A stretch of DNA of 64,000 bases from Podarcis muralis (Eukaryota): the NCBI RefSeq assembly GCF_964188315.1, contig NC_135664.1, positions 47,554,001 to 47,618,000 on the forward strand, written 5' to 3'. The notes under the pieces are model-generated. The model ran no database searches, was not told where the DNA came from, and saw only the letters and a list, made by a program, of their open reading frames with translations. Below, piece after piece: positions 24,729-36,882 of this stretch. Both the position numbers and the translations under genes were made by a program. Within the stretch, counting starts at the first letter, position 1; each line of letters begins with the position of its first letter.

Positions 24729-25088
24729 GGGGACGCGGGTGGCACTGTGGGTAAAACCTCAGCGCCTAGGACTTGCCGATCGCATGGTTGGCGGTTCGAA
24801 TCCCTGCGGCGGGGTGCGCTCCCGTTGCTCGGTCCCAGCGCCTGCCAACCTAGCAGTTTGAAAGCACATCAAAGTGCAAGTAGATAAATAGGTACCACTC
24901 CGGCAGGAAGGTAAACGGCGTTTCCGTGTGCGGCTCTGGCTCGCCAGAGCAGCTTCGTCACGCTGGCCACATGACCCGGAAGTGTCTGCGGACAGTGCTG
25001 GCTCCCGGCCTCTAGAGTGAGATGAGCGCACAACCCTAGAGTCTGTCAAGACTGGCCCGTACGGGCAGGGGTACCTTTACCTTTACCT
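24729..25088 (+). mobile_element. Sauria SINE, full length
   Basis: Same head and tail as the other copies; 13-bp TSD tatgggcagcaca. Confidence 0.93.
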
Positions 25089-25270
25089 TATGGGCAGCAC
25101 ACTCCAGTCTATGATACATTCTGTGTACAGCATATGATTGTGACGGGCTCTGCCTCTCTTATTTCCAAGGCACTATTTTGTGACTGACTGTAGCTGGGGG
25201 ACCCTGGGACTCTATTTTTAAAAAGGGGAGAATTAGATCCCAGACACCTGTTTTAGGTTCCGGAACTTAC

Positions 25271-25348
25271 CATGTGCAAATTGGAAAGTGAGGCTGATTT
25301 CCTGGGTGGGGTTTTCTTTGGACTGAATGTGTTTCCAAAGAGCGGCAT
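25271..25348 (-). CDS. CBY1: Protein chibby homolog 1, coding exon 1 (exon acceptor at 25389/25390)
   Basis: MPLFGNTFSPKKTPPRKSASLSNLHM with the 14-3-3 motif RSxSxxN region, donor ATG|gtaagt. Confidence 0.96.
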
Positions 25349-26699
25349 GGCTTCCTCGCTTAAAAGCTTGTTAGAATTGTTCTGGTTGCCTGAAATAAGA
25401 AGGAAGAAAAAGAAACAAAAGACCATTACCTCATGACCTCATCACTGTGCACAACATTAAGAGGCTGTGAGTCAGAGCAGATTGGCCTACTTAGTGTCAT
25501 CAAAATAGTGAGAGCAATAACTGTCATTTTCCAGAAACCAGTTTCTAGTTCTCATGGAGACAGTCAAAACATTTACAGCTCCCCCAGCCTAACCTTTTAA
25601 AAAAGAAAAATGGTTGGTAATTTTTTAAAAAGAACATTTCTGCTATGGGCTTCATCTTAGGCTACTAAATACACTAAGTATTTTGTGTGGAATTGCCACC
25701 CTATTCCATATTGTAATTTGTTTTAACTGTTTTTAATAATGAATTTTAAATTGTTGTAACTAGTCCTGGGATCTAATTATGAAAGGTGGGTAATGAATTT
25801 AATAAATAATAATACCTTATGCACTCATATTTTTAGGCGGAATTACAAACAGTGTTGTCATCCATATGCAATCCTCCCTTTATTCCTATCACAAAAAAAA
25901 ATTTTTTTAAATGCAAGGGGAAATAGGGGATACAGAACGGTAGCACATTCTCCACAGGTCTGGTGGATCTTAGCACTAATATTCTGTCTGTTTAACTTAG
26001 TTTCATTGGGCTGAGGGGAAATATCCTATTTAAGAAGACAGAAAGTGACAGAATAACAAATGCTATCTGCAAACCGAAAATTAGACTAATCCGTCACCAT
26101 CTTTCACATATTTGAAATCATCAGGTCAGGTCATTCAATCTGCTTTAGTGTATGCATGGTTTGGGAAATATCAATTGTAGCAAAAGATTAAATACAGTAC
26201 GTACAGTACTTGAAAAATTAAAAAGGGTATCATATATCCTATTCCTTTTGCGGCTCATTACTGCCCTTAACAACAAGCCTGCAAAGTGCCATTCCTCAAA
26301 ATTATCTCAATATTGGAACTAATATTGAAACAATGAAATCTGTTGTCATTGCTTCTGCTTCAGCAAAGTCAGGCTTGGAGGTTTAGCTGCACAATGAGTG
26401 TGATTAGGCACAGTATCTTAAATTGAATCTTGTAAAAGGTGGTTCTTCATTATTTATGCAATTATGTGAGAGACCCTTTGAAGCCATGCCTAGCACTGCT
26501 GGAATCATCTAAGCCTAAGGAGAGTGTGGAAATGAATCACTTACCAAGTAGCTTGGAATACAAGTATTTTCCACCCACCTCTTACACACACTCACACAAC
26601 TTTAGCAGATGCACCGCTATGCAAAAAATCAACAGGTGCAGCTCATCACTGCAGCGCCATCTTTGGGAAAGCTGCACCTGTTGAATATCTGCCTGAACT

Positions 26700-27800
26700 A
26701 CAGCTTCATTTAAAAGCTCTCTCGGGCCGGCAAGTGGCAACCTTAGCGGCACCTTAAGTGCCGAGACCCCTAACTAACCCCATCTACACCAAACAAAATC
26801 CTGACTCTGGTTATAGTGGGAGCTTAATACTCTTAATCCCACTGTTCAGGGGGCAAATAAAGCAGCGGGGGGGAGGGAGTCGAGAGTCGCTGCCGTCCTA
26901 AACCCGCCAAATGGCTTCACCCCAGCATCGCGCACCCACAACCGTGGAGCTCCTCACCCGACAGATGCACCACACACTTCCGCACCCCGGTTGTATCCTC
27001 CGAGGTGAATTGCGCATGCGCACTCTTTGATGCTTCGCGACTTGCGGTAGCCGAGAAACGCACAGCGGGCGGAACCACCCCAGGAAAGAAATCGAAAATT
27101 CCACGGGACAGAGGAGGGGGCATACGCATTTCATTTTAAATGCATAGAGTGACGGAATTTTTTTTAACTGCTCAAAATAAGTAAAATGCCCTGCGTCTGA
27201 AGGAAGCTTGTGAGAATATCAGAAAATGCACCCCTTCTCTTTTCGTGTCATGGTTGTATCCCAAACCGCCGGGAAAGGCGGAGCGAACGGTAGCGCCGCG
27301 GACGGGACCGTACCATTGTTTAAAAAAGGCGAGGGGGGAGAGAAAAGAGTTTTGGCCGAGTTGTAAAATTACGTTAACAGTGTTATCCCTCGGGAACAGA
27401 GCTTGTGAGTGAATTGCATCTCACACGCAGATTCGTCAGTCGTAGCCGGCATCTAATGCTACCTTTTAGAGATGCAAAAAGGTTCAAGAAATAAATGGTT
27501 TGCTCCGAGTAGTTGCCACGGTGACGGAAGAACGCTCAGGGAGGAGGACATAAAAGGGCCTGTTGTGGGCGGGGTCGGCAGAGACTCCGTCGTGGTTCGA
27601 GAGATAGAGTCGGTGGGGCAAGAGCCGCTTCTGGTATCGGTCTTGTTAGGGTCCAGAAGAAACAAACAGGGTCCCACAGCTGTGTGGGCAAGGAGGTGCC
27701 TCTTCCCGCCCTTTCACTCCGGTGCGTATGGGCGCCCCTGTGTTACTGCGATGCTATGTAACACCCGAATAAGTTGGGAACGTCGTTTTTTCACGCCGAC
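26700..27800. promoter_or_regulatory. Bidirectional CpG-island promoter of CBY1 (-) and FAM227A (+)
   Basis: CpG-rich; minus-strand donor CGG|GTGAGG at 26958/26957; plus-strand donor GTGAGT at 27405; perfect NRF1 palindrome TGCGCATGCGCA at 27011-27022. Confidence 0.75.
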
Positions 27801-28327
27801 CATCAACGTCTTTTGATGAGCCTCTATAAGCTTCCCAAAGGAAAGGCGGGGGAGATCATAATACACGGACTATTATTGTTCATTTTGTTGCTCTCGTTTT
27901 GCTGGCATTTTCTTCACAGTCTTAATCTGGCGACCAGTCTGGGAGATCTGCATCAGTAACGCTCTGCATGCCTGGTGGACAGTTCTCTTAATTCAGCCTA
28001 GGCCATATCAACACCCATGACTGTTAAAAGTGGTATTGTGCTTTAAATGCCTGGTGCAGATGTGGTGTAAACTGGTAGTTTTCTTATCGACAGTTTTCTG
28101 TTGCTACTGATTAATTTTGAAATAGTCGTGCATTTCCTTGTAGGAAAGGTTCTCCCAAGCCCTTGTTTATTTTGTCTGCCCTTTTCCCAGTTCTACAGTG
28201 TTCTTTTTGAGATGGGGCAATCAGAATTTTATACCATGCATAGCTGAAGCATTGGCATATTTAGAAGGTCATTAAGGTATTTCAGTTTCATGTTTTAATT
28301 TCCTGGTGATCACTAGCATGTAATTTA

Positions 28328-28688
28328 AGGTAAAGGTAAAGGTACCCCTGCCCGTACGGGCCAGTCTTGCCAGACTCTAGGGTTGTGCGCCCATCTCACT
28401 CAAGAGGCCGGGGGCCAGCGCTGTCCGCAGACACTTCCGGGTCACGTGGCCAGCGTTACATCGCTGCTCTGGCGAGCCAGAGCCGCACACGGAAACGCCG
28501 TTTACCTTCCTGCTAGTAAGCAGTCCCTATTTATCTACTTGCACCCGGGAGTGCTTTCGAACTGCTAGGTTGGCAGGCGCTGGGACTGAACAACGGGAGC
28601 GCACCCCGCCGCGGGGATTCGAACCGCCGACCTTTCGATCAGCAAGCCCTAGGCGCTGAGGCTTTTGCCCACAGCGCCACCCGCGTCC
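28328..28688 (-). mobile_element. Sauria SINE, full length
   Basis: 13-bp TSD agcatgtaattta. Confidence 0.93.
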
Positions 28689-29578
28689 AGCATGTAATTT
28701 ACCGTTATGTTTTTAAGCACCTCTGCACACGCTTAAAAAACAAACAAACCTCTTCCTCCCACCCTATCCTGACCCATTTCACCTCTGGATAAACATGCGC
28801 AGGATCGGGCTGCACATTGATATGCAAAGCACTCCAGCATTGGACACGTTTTCTTGGAAATTAAGTTGACAAATTGTGTAGAGAATACACCAGTGTAATG
28901 ATACTTTTAGGCTGATTAGAAGTTGCACATTTTTACTCGGAAGGAAGTGTATATAATGCAGCCTCAGAATGCTAAAATACACATTTTTTTATACTTGAAA
29001 AAATTATAATCAAAGGCAATACAATTTTATGTGTCTCTTCACAGTTTGAATGAAAAAGTAACACTAGCAAGAAAACTAATGTGTGTGACAGAACAAGAAA
29101 CAAAATTCTGGTAGCTTCATAAAATCCTGATACTTTGCTATCCCTCCGTACAGTGGAGAACAATGCAGTTAATAGTTGTGATTTTCAGGCTTGAAATTTC
29201 TTCTGGGAATACCTAACTACAGCTAGAATTCCAAATTGCTGCCTCTGAGTTGGCAGCTGTAATTACTACAAATTAAGTAAAACAGATTAGGATAATTTTC
29301 CCCATGGGACCCTTTCTTCCTCTTACTAAGCTATATTTGGTGGAGGAGAGTGGGGCAGAAGTGTTACGGTATATTTATAAAGTAACCCTTTTGGTTTCCA
29401 CATGAGGAATCCTAAAATAGCACTCAAGATTAAATCAGCTCAAGCCAATTGGAAAAGTTAATTTAAGTGTGATCATGCTTTGGGAACAAAATAGTAAGCA
29501 AGTTTGTGGGGAAATGTGTTTTTAATATACGGTAAATGTGTTGTCTCCACTTTATTTTTTAGGGTTTGTAATTTCAAG

Positions 29579-29699
29579 ATGCAATTTGTAACTATTAAAT
29601 CATTTGTAAGCCCTTTAAAGGGATTCTTGATATTGCCATCAGCAACCCAAGAAAAGAAAAGAGACACCGTCAGTTGCACATTAGATGACAAACCACGAT
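29579..29699 (+). CDS. FAM227A: FAM227A coding exon 1 (exon starts at 29563; ends at a U12-type donor)
   Basis: tttttag|G acceptor; MQFVTIKSFVSPLKGFLILPSATQEKKRDTVSCTLDDKPR, weakly similar to the human N-terminus; donor GTATCCTTT in phase 1, compatible with the next exon. Confidence 0.72.
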
Positions 29700-30279
29700 G
29701 TATCCTTTGTTCCTATAATTAACAATGTATGTGTAAATAAATATATAGCTTGTATCATATATAACTGTTTTACTTTTGCTTTAATTTAAATTGTTTGGGT
29801 AATACTTATTCGGTACCTGAACCTCATTTTTTTGAGGTTTGGAGAAATCTTGAGTCATCATTGGGGTTGCCATATTTCAAAGAGTAAAATTCCTGACACC
29901 CACAAAATTGTGGAACTTTTTTGGAGAACAAACCCACATTGTTGAGCTTTTTTTGGGGGGGGGGAATCATGTTGCCATACATCCGGGTTTTCCCTGACAT
30001 TCAACAAAATTCACCCCCTGACGCCATTTTTACACCCTAAAAACCAGGACATGTCAGGAATTTTCCTGATGTATGACAAACCTGGTCATCATCCCCAAAC
30101 TTAGATACTTTGTCATGAAAAAAAGAAATATAATTGCAATCAGTCTTACATGATAATTGTGTGAGTTGAAATAAGGAAAAACTATTATTTGTCTTGCATC
30201 TAGTGGGGCAGCAAGCAGCATGTGGTCAAAATCAGGCAGTCAGTTGAACACTTGTTGACTCAACATACACATAACATAT

Positions 30280-30828
30280 TGAAATTAAAAGACGCCTGCT
30301 TCTTGGGAGAAAAGCAATGACAAACCTAGACAGCATCTTAAAAAGTAGAGACATCACCTTGCCAACAAAGGTCCGTATAGTAAAAGCTATGGTTTTCCCA
30401 GTAGTGATGTATGGAAGTGAGAGCTGGACCATAAAGAAGGCTGATCGCCGAAGAATTGACGCTTTTGAATTATGGTGCTGGAGGAGACTCTTGAGAGTCC
30501 CATGGACTGCAAGAAGATCAAACCTCTCCATTCTGAAGGAAATCAGCCCTGAGTGCTCACTGGAAGGACAGATCGTGAAGCTGAGGCTCCAATACTTTGG
30601 CCACCTCATGAGAAGAGAAGACTCCCTGGAAAAGACCCTGATTCTGGGAAAGATGGAGGGTACAAGGAGGACGACAGAGGACAAGATGGTTGGATAGTGT
30701 TCTCGAAGCTACCAGCATAAGTTTGTCCAAACTGCGGGAGGCAGTGGAAGACAGAAGTGCCTGGCGTGCTCTGGTCCATGGGGTCACGAAGAGTCGGACA
30801 TGACTAAACGACTAAACAACAACAACAA
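30280..30828 (+). mobile_element. RTE Bov-B LINE, 5'-truncated 3' fragment
   Basis: ORF fragment MTNLDSILKSRDITLPTKVRIVKAMVFPVVMYGSESWTIKKA...RLQYFGHLMRR, characteristic of Bov-B; ends in a (CAA)n tail; small frameshifting deletion near 30668. Confidence 0.93.
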
Positions 30829-30872
30829 AGTTGTGCTCCACCTTCACGCTCTGCCCGAGCAGTAGCAACATT

Positions 30873-30972
30873 CCTTTAGAAGACATCTGAAGGTACCCCT
30901 GTATAGGGAAGTTCATTAATGTTTAATGTTTTGTTATGCTTTTATATATGTTGGAAGCTCCCAGAGTTGCTG
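30873..30972 (+). mobile_element. L2-like LINE 3' remnant
   Basis: tttagaagacatctgaagg...gttggaagc..ccagag, resembling the longer copy at 43314-43450. Confidence 0.6.
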
Positions 30973-30975
30973 GTT

Positions 30976-31621
30976 TGTGGAGGGCCAGATTCCCCTAAAT
31001 TCCGGTGTGCCAGATCCTCCCAATAATTCATGGATGTAGTAAAAGTTAGAATTAATCAAGATTTGATTACATTTTGGCAAACATGGAAATCTCCTAGATT
31101 TAGCTATGCTAAGGAGCTAAGCCAGCTTTGCAGAGCTAGCTAGATGGGCCATTAGCAGAGGACACAGGCCAGTCATGGACCATCAAAGAAACCATCAGAG
31201 GTCAAGACTGCCAGGCAAGCAGGAGTGGGGCTTCTTTGTTGAGTGCTAGTGGGCCAGAATTAGGGTTTCAACTTTGAATGATGTAGACTGTGGGGAGTCC
31301 TTTGAGTCAATTAGCAGCAAGAAGGAGGAGGGGCAGGACTCCATGTGAGTTGGGGATAACAAGCTGGAATTAAGAATCACAGAAGGTGGCTGTCCTTTGA
31401 AACCAATGCTGCACTTAAAGGGGAAGTTAGACCCTCATAGGATGTGAATGCCCTTCAGTCGCTCCATCTAGGTCCAGGTTGTATATGTGTAATAAAACCA
31501 TATATCATAAAGACACCACAGTCTCTCTTGTGCCTCAAAAGGTAATACAGACCCTAAGTAAGCATGTCTGCAACCCCTGGAACTTCACACCACTCAGGGA
31601 GTTCGGGGTGGTGTGTAACAG
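30976..31621 (+). mobile_element. Probable solo LTR
   Basis: TGT...ACA termini, about 646 bp, no ORF, AATAAA at 31491 followed by a U5-like stretch; TSD imperfect (ggtt versus gttt). Confidence 0.5.
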
Positions 31622-31740
31622 TTTATAAAGGAAATACAGCATTTAAGTGATGGTAATAGGAGGTTTAACAAAAAGGAGGATGAAGAATTTTGCATATGCT
31701 TTGAAGGTTTTCAAAATATTCCTTAACAAATATCTGTTAG

Positions 31741-31826
31741 TGTACGTCATTGGCAGCATAGGACAAGTGAACCAGAAAATTTCTCACTTAGAACTGGGTC
31801 TGAAAAGATATGACAGTAGTGAAGGA
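31741..31826 (+). CDS. FAM227A: FAM227A coding exon 2
   Basis: YVIGSIGQVNQKISHLELGLKRYDSSEG aligns with remembered human CLIGSMHQVNQKIADINL; donor GGA|gtgagt. Confidence 0.88.
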
Positions 31827-32363
31827 GTGAGTAAAGAAATCTTATCAGCACTTTATACAAGGAATCCCACTGTGTTTTTCTGCTGCTGCTTCTAAATAAT
31901 AGATGCTTGGTCAAAGTATATTTCTTAGCCTTTTCGATGACAAACTGAAAATCAGTTGCTGCTGTTGTTTTTTAAAACAGGTGAAGTCCTAGATCAACAC
32001 TAATATAACTGTGTTGAACCCTAGAATAGGATACACCAGGTGCAATGAAACTATCGCACCAGCTAGGCCTAAATATTGCAAGTTTTTGAATCCCTGTATT
32101 TTTCATGCACATATATTTATTGACAAGATCTTCTAGTTGTCAAATATATTTTATTTTACTCACATTTCTAATCCTAATTTCAAATACATTTCTTAGGTTC
32201 CTGAAGAATGTTCTGGTTTTAACTGAAACTCAGAGTTAAAAGAACTACAAGATAGTGAGGGACTTAATAATGCCTCTCTTATTTAATACAAAGAAGGTAA
32301 ATTCCAGGACCTTGTAGGAAGTTAGTGCCTAACCACCCTTTTCCATTATTTTTCTCATTGAAG

Positions 32364-32433
32364 GTGATTGGGGAAATGGGGCTCAAGAGACGCAAGACAT
32401 CCAGAAAAGTATCGAGACCATTTAGGGCGAAAG
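32364..32433 (+). CDS. FAM227A: FAM227A coding exon 3
   Basis: cattgaag|GTG...AAAG|gtatgc, 70 nt, phase 0 to 1, VIGEMGLKRRKTSRKVSRPFRAK; supported mainly by splice signals and phase. Confidence 0.7.
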
Positions 32434-32805
32434 GTATGCATTAATACTACCAAATATGAAATGGAGGCTCTAACCCCTTAAAAATGATGTTCTTGTTAGA
32501 ACATATTTATTCGAGTAAATTTGTATTTTGTCCTGTAGTTCAGATATGCCAAACCATGATTTGTGCTAACAGCGGTTAAGAACTCTTGGCAATAAATCAC
32601 AGACGGCCAAGTTGTTGCGTGGTTAAATAGGGACCTCCCATAATCTCTGCCCTAAGGAAGGATTAGAGAGGGAGATAAATATTACTGTTTTGTCTTACTC
32701 TTTCTCCAAGGCACTGAGCTTGGAATACATGGCTATTCGGCTCCACACTGCCATCACCATTTTATTCTCTTTTTGTGTCCCAAAATACTGAACAACTTGA
32801 GTGTG

Positions 32806-33405
32806 TGAGAAGAGTCTGGTTATAGAGGGGGAAATTATCAGTGAGCGTTAGCCTGAATTTGTAAAGGGTTTTTTCCCCTGATGTCCAGGGACAGACATGG
32901 ATAAGATTTAGTAATAACAAAAACAGGTCATGAGTCGCAACAATTAGGTTTCCCAAGGGCATAGTTGCAGTAGAATCAGTTGAGCATCTTAGCCAGTCAA
33001 AGTACATTTAAGAAAGTGTTCCTGGTATGGACTGAGCTTAGATATATTGGAAAATACAAAAGAAGGTGCTGAATTTAATTAGGGAAGAGGATGCTTACTG
33101 GAGGGAAGCTATTACTTGCAGAGGATATTTTATGGTCAAATCAGGGCTTTGAACTAGGCACTGGGGAGTTCATTAAGCAAATACAAGCATAATACTGGTC
33201 ACTGCAGGGAAATTACCCTTTATGGTAGGCCACTTGGGGAACTTTGGTGGGAAACTTTGGGAACCCCCCTCAATAAATGATTAATTCAATTTGAGTTTTT
33301 TCTGATTACTTATGTTAGTGTTATGCTCTTTGCTCAGAGCAAAACCCTAGTGAATATACTTAGTCTTAAGGCCTGTTTAGAGTTCCAATTTAACCAAGTT
33401 TCTCA
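32806..33405. mobile_element. Possible decayed solo LTR
   Basis: TGAGAA...TTCTCA inverted ends about 600 bp apart with an internal AATAAA near 33272; no TSD found. Confidence 0.25.
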
Positions 33406-33764
33406 GTAACAAGCATTGGTTCAGCATGCTGTCCACTATACCACTCTGGCTCCTGGTCATCTGTATGGGCTCACTTCATTCTGGGTACCCATGCAAACCA
33501 CTGACAAATAACAAACCTTCCTTTGCTTGGAATCCATTTGCTACCTACTATAAGACCATTAAAAACTGGCACAGGCATGTGGTGGAGTGCAGTGGAAAGG
33601 GGAAAATATGCTACTTCATTTTTCTGGTGGAGCAAAAATATCTGCAAACCACAACCCCAAATCCAGTGCTTTTACTTAACTAATTCCCACGAAAAAATTG
33701 TCCATTTCATCCTAAGATGCTCTTCAGATGCTAAGGGTGGCCATTTTTTTCTCTTATGCTGTAG

Positions 33765-33829
33765 AGAGAGACCAGAAGGTGATGCAGAGGTCTGGAAAGC
33801 ATGCTACAGAGAAAATAGCTCAGAAAAAG
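33765..33829 (+). CDS. FAM227A: FAM227A coding exon 4
   Basis: gctgtag|AG...AAG|gtatga, 65 nt, phase 1 to 0, ERDQKVMQRSGKHATEKIAQKK. Confidence 0.7.
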
Positions 33830-34597
33830 GTATGATGGCATGTGAGGGATCAGGAGTCATTGATTCCTGTGCATATTAGAAAGATGCAGAATCCTAAATG
33901 CTCAGGAAGTATGAGATGTGTTATGTACTGAAGTTCTCACCCTGGGCCAGCAGGGGGATACTGTAGATAGTTATGCAAATAAGGGATCGAAAGTGACATT
34001 CAGTGATTGGATAGTTTTAGGAAATTGTTACAGTTACATTGTACTGGAGCTCTATATAAGCAGGCTGACTGAACCCTTCAGTTCAGTTCTGTCCTGGCTT
34101 GTGAATAAACAAGAGCTGTTGGAAGAACCGCTGTGTCGTCTGATACGTTCACCCACAACTTAACAAGATGCATTGTGACAAAAGTGCCTAGGAAGGTCTC
34201 ATGATGAATCAGATAGTTGGTCTTTTTAATCCATTATACACTCCTATAATAATTGTTTCATTTATATAACACTAGTCATTAGCATTTGTACAGTACAGTG
34301 CTTTTGAATGTTCAAAGGTTTTTTCACATCCTTTAACTCGCCACAGCCCTGGAAACAAACTAAGATATTATTAGTACCTTATTCTAGATGGGGAGGAGGA
34401 GCTAAGGCTGAATATGGCACTAGATTTGTTAATAGTTAACCATTGCTGTGTGTGAAGGTGATTTTTGTCAGGACTCTGGTGAGTCCCAGAAACTTTGGAA
34501 TGTCAACAGGCTGTCATTAGGGTGCTCACTGGGTTGAATTGTGAGCGGAGTGTCTTCTTGATTTCTCACATATTAATTGTTTTTTTTTAACCCCTAG

Positions 34598-34744
34598 ATG
34601 GTAACAGAAAAGGATAAACTTGTGGAATTATATCAATACCCAGGATACTGTAAGGAGAAACCTACACCATTGCCAAATGGAATAGAGCTGAGTGAAATTT
34701 TGGAGAAGGTGATTCGCGCCCAGGGTAAAACACCAGTTGGTAAG
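34598..34744 (+). CDS. FAM227A: FAM227A coding exon 5
   Basis: 147 nt, MVTEKDKLVELYQYPGYCKEKPTPLPNGIELSEILEKVIRAQGKTPVGK, matching the family motif LxELYQY...LPNG. Confidence 0.92.
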
Positions 34745-34800
34745 GTACGCTGCGTATCTCAAACATTCAGAAGTTGATAGCAGGCTGGACGAAGGAGGTA

Positions 34801-35096
34801 AAAGGTAAAGGTAAAGGTACCCCTGCCCGTACGGGCCAGTCTTGACAGACTCTAGGGTTGTGTGCCCATCTCACTCAAGAGGCCGGGGGCCAGCGCTGTC
34901 CGGAGACACTTCCGGGTCACGTGGCCAGCGTGACATTGCTGCTCTGGCAAGCCAGAGCCGCACACGGAAACGCCGTTTACCTTCCCGCTAGTAAGCGGTC
35001 CCTATTTATCTACTTGCACCCGGGGTGCTTTCGAACTGCTAGGTTGGCAGGCGCTGGGACCGAACAACGGGAGCGCACCCCGCCGCGGGGATTCGA
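34801..35096 (-). mobile_element. Sauria SINE, 5'-truncated inside the B-box
   Basis: Body and tail intact, head missing upstream of TTCGAATCCCC; about 9-bp TSD aaggaggta. Confidence 0.9.
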
Positions 35097-35736
35097 AAGG
35101 AGGTAGTAGGGGTGAATTGATAATGTAGGGCCGTACATGCTTTTTTGACGTGCATTTACCTGGCGCAAGATAGTATAGCTGGGGCAGTGTCAGCACCAGG
35201 CATCTTCAGGCAGTTGCTAGGGCCACAGCATCCTGGCAGGGGTCACATCTGATGACTTCCCTCGCCCTCCCCTTTGTTGGTCTTCCTGGTCTATCACTCT
35301 GAACAGCCCCAGGTGGCTCAACCTAGCATCACCCTTGCGGCATTGTAGGCAGTTAAAATGGTGGTTAGACCCAGTTGCTTATCACCGCTTGGAATACTGC
35401 GACTGCGGCTTGGTAAGTTAGGGCCCAATGACAGAGGTCAGAGCTCACTAAAGGACACGTTTAACTAGGGCTCCCTTAAACCTGGAGTTGACCCAAGTGT
35501 ATAATCTGGTACAGGAGTTATGATCTTGCTATAATAGCCATGGTTAATTGGTCGGAGAATGAGCATTGTGCCTGCCTGCTTCCTACCTTCCTTCCATTCT
35601 TCATTCTCTCTCAAGGCGCAGTTGAAACATCCAGTGTTTCTTATATCACATTTCCCCATTATATCTCAACTGGAAAACTCTGGTTAATCTTGGACAACAA
35701 ACCAGGATGTGAAATCAAGGTCTGAAACTTCTAGAC

Positions 35737-35942
35737 CAGAGCTTTCCAAACTGTGAGTCGCGACACATTTGTGTGTCGACTGCAGTGTGTTGGTGTGTCA
35801 CGCGAACAGTCCCCGCGCCCCTCCCAGGTCTGGAAAGGGGTTAGTTTAACCTCTGGTTTGCTAGTAAAACTGAATGACTGTGTCATGAAATGATGCATGT
35901 CCCAAAAGTGTGTCACCAACATGAAATGTTTGGAAAGCTCTG
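35737..35942. mobile_element. hAT MITE
   Basis: Perfect 15-bp TIR cagagctttccaaac and perfect 8-bp TSD ttctagac. Confidence 0.92.
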
Positions 35943-36780
35943 TTCTAGACCACCAAGAGCATTTCTAGGCCTTTGAAAGACCTGGGGCACAGTCAATCAC
36001 ACATATTTGCATAAAATTTGCATGTACTGATACTCGTTATGGATTCATATTTGAGCTGACCTTCAGCGGGAAAGCCACCCTGTAAGCAAAGTAACAATTT
36101 AAAAAAGGGGGGTGGGGAGAAGATACAGGAGAGCCATAATCCAGTACAAAAAATCAAAGGTTCAGGCCAGCCCCTTACAATGCTCCTTAGACCATAAAGA
36201 GCCTTTTGGCACCTTAAAAATTAACAGATTTATTATGGCATAAGCTTTCATGGACTGGAATTCAGTTCATCAGATGCATGAAATTTAATCCTAAATTGAC
36301 AGGCATACACACACACCATGTAGGTTTTCCAGACAGGAGTTAAATAATGTAAATGTGTCATTGAGATGTTGCAAACAGATTGTTGGCAACAGCTTTTTTA
36401 AAAAAAAAAAACTTACTGGATTTTCTATAGAAAGTGTAAATTTGGATTAAATTGGGAACAGGGGTAGACTTGCCTTTTGATGACTATGACATTATGTGGG
36501 CATTACAAAAAAAAAAGCTTGCAAGATGAGGAGCACTCATCCCATAATAAACACTAGTCTGGATGTACCAATAGTATGGAGCCAGGACTGAAGAGGAGTG
36601 AGGTCAGAGGAAATGAAAATGTAAAAGTAAGCAACAGTAATAATTACACAAAAGCAAGAGAGTTACAATTAACAAGGCCATGGTGATACATTTATTGTTC
36701 AGCCAATTAACACATGCGGTATGATCAAAATCCATAATCTTGATTTAAGACCATTATATTCCTGTTTAATTTCTTTCAAG

Positions 36781-36882
36781 ACACGCTGGGCTTCAAAGAT
36801 GCTGCAAAAGTTTCTCGATGCGCCATGTATCCAAGCTATTTTGCTGGACAGTTTCTGGTGGCAGTTTCTGCACTTGTATCAT
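36781..36882 (+). CDS. FAM227A: FAM227A coding exon 6
   Basis: 102 nt, TRWASKMLQKFLDAPCIQAILLDSFWWQFLHLYH with the conserved LDSFWW motif. Confidence 0.94.

Noticed and set aside
24729-24830. tRNA-like sequences with GGTTCGAATCCC in eight places
   Set aside because: They are the heads of Sauria SINEs (body, ACCTTT tail and TSD present), not tRNA genes; the recurring ORFs such as MCAHLTQEAGGQR... are SINE-derived.
30232-30787. 126-150 aa ORFs that look like a host gene
   Set aside because: Bov-B ORF2 3' fragment and its antisense frame; truncated and frameshifted.
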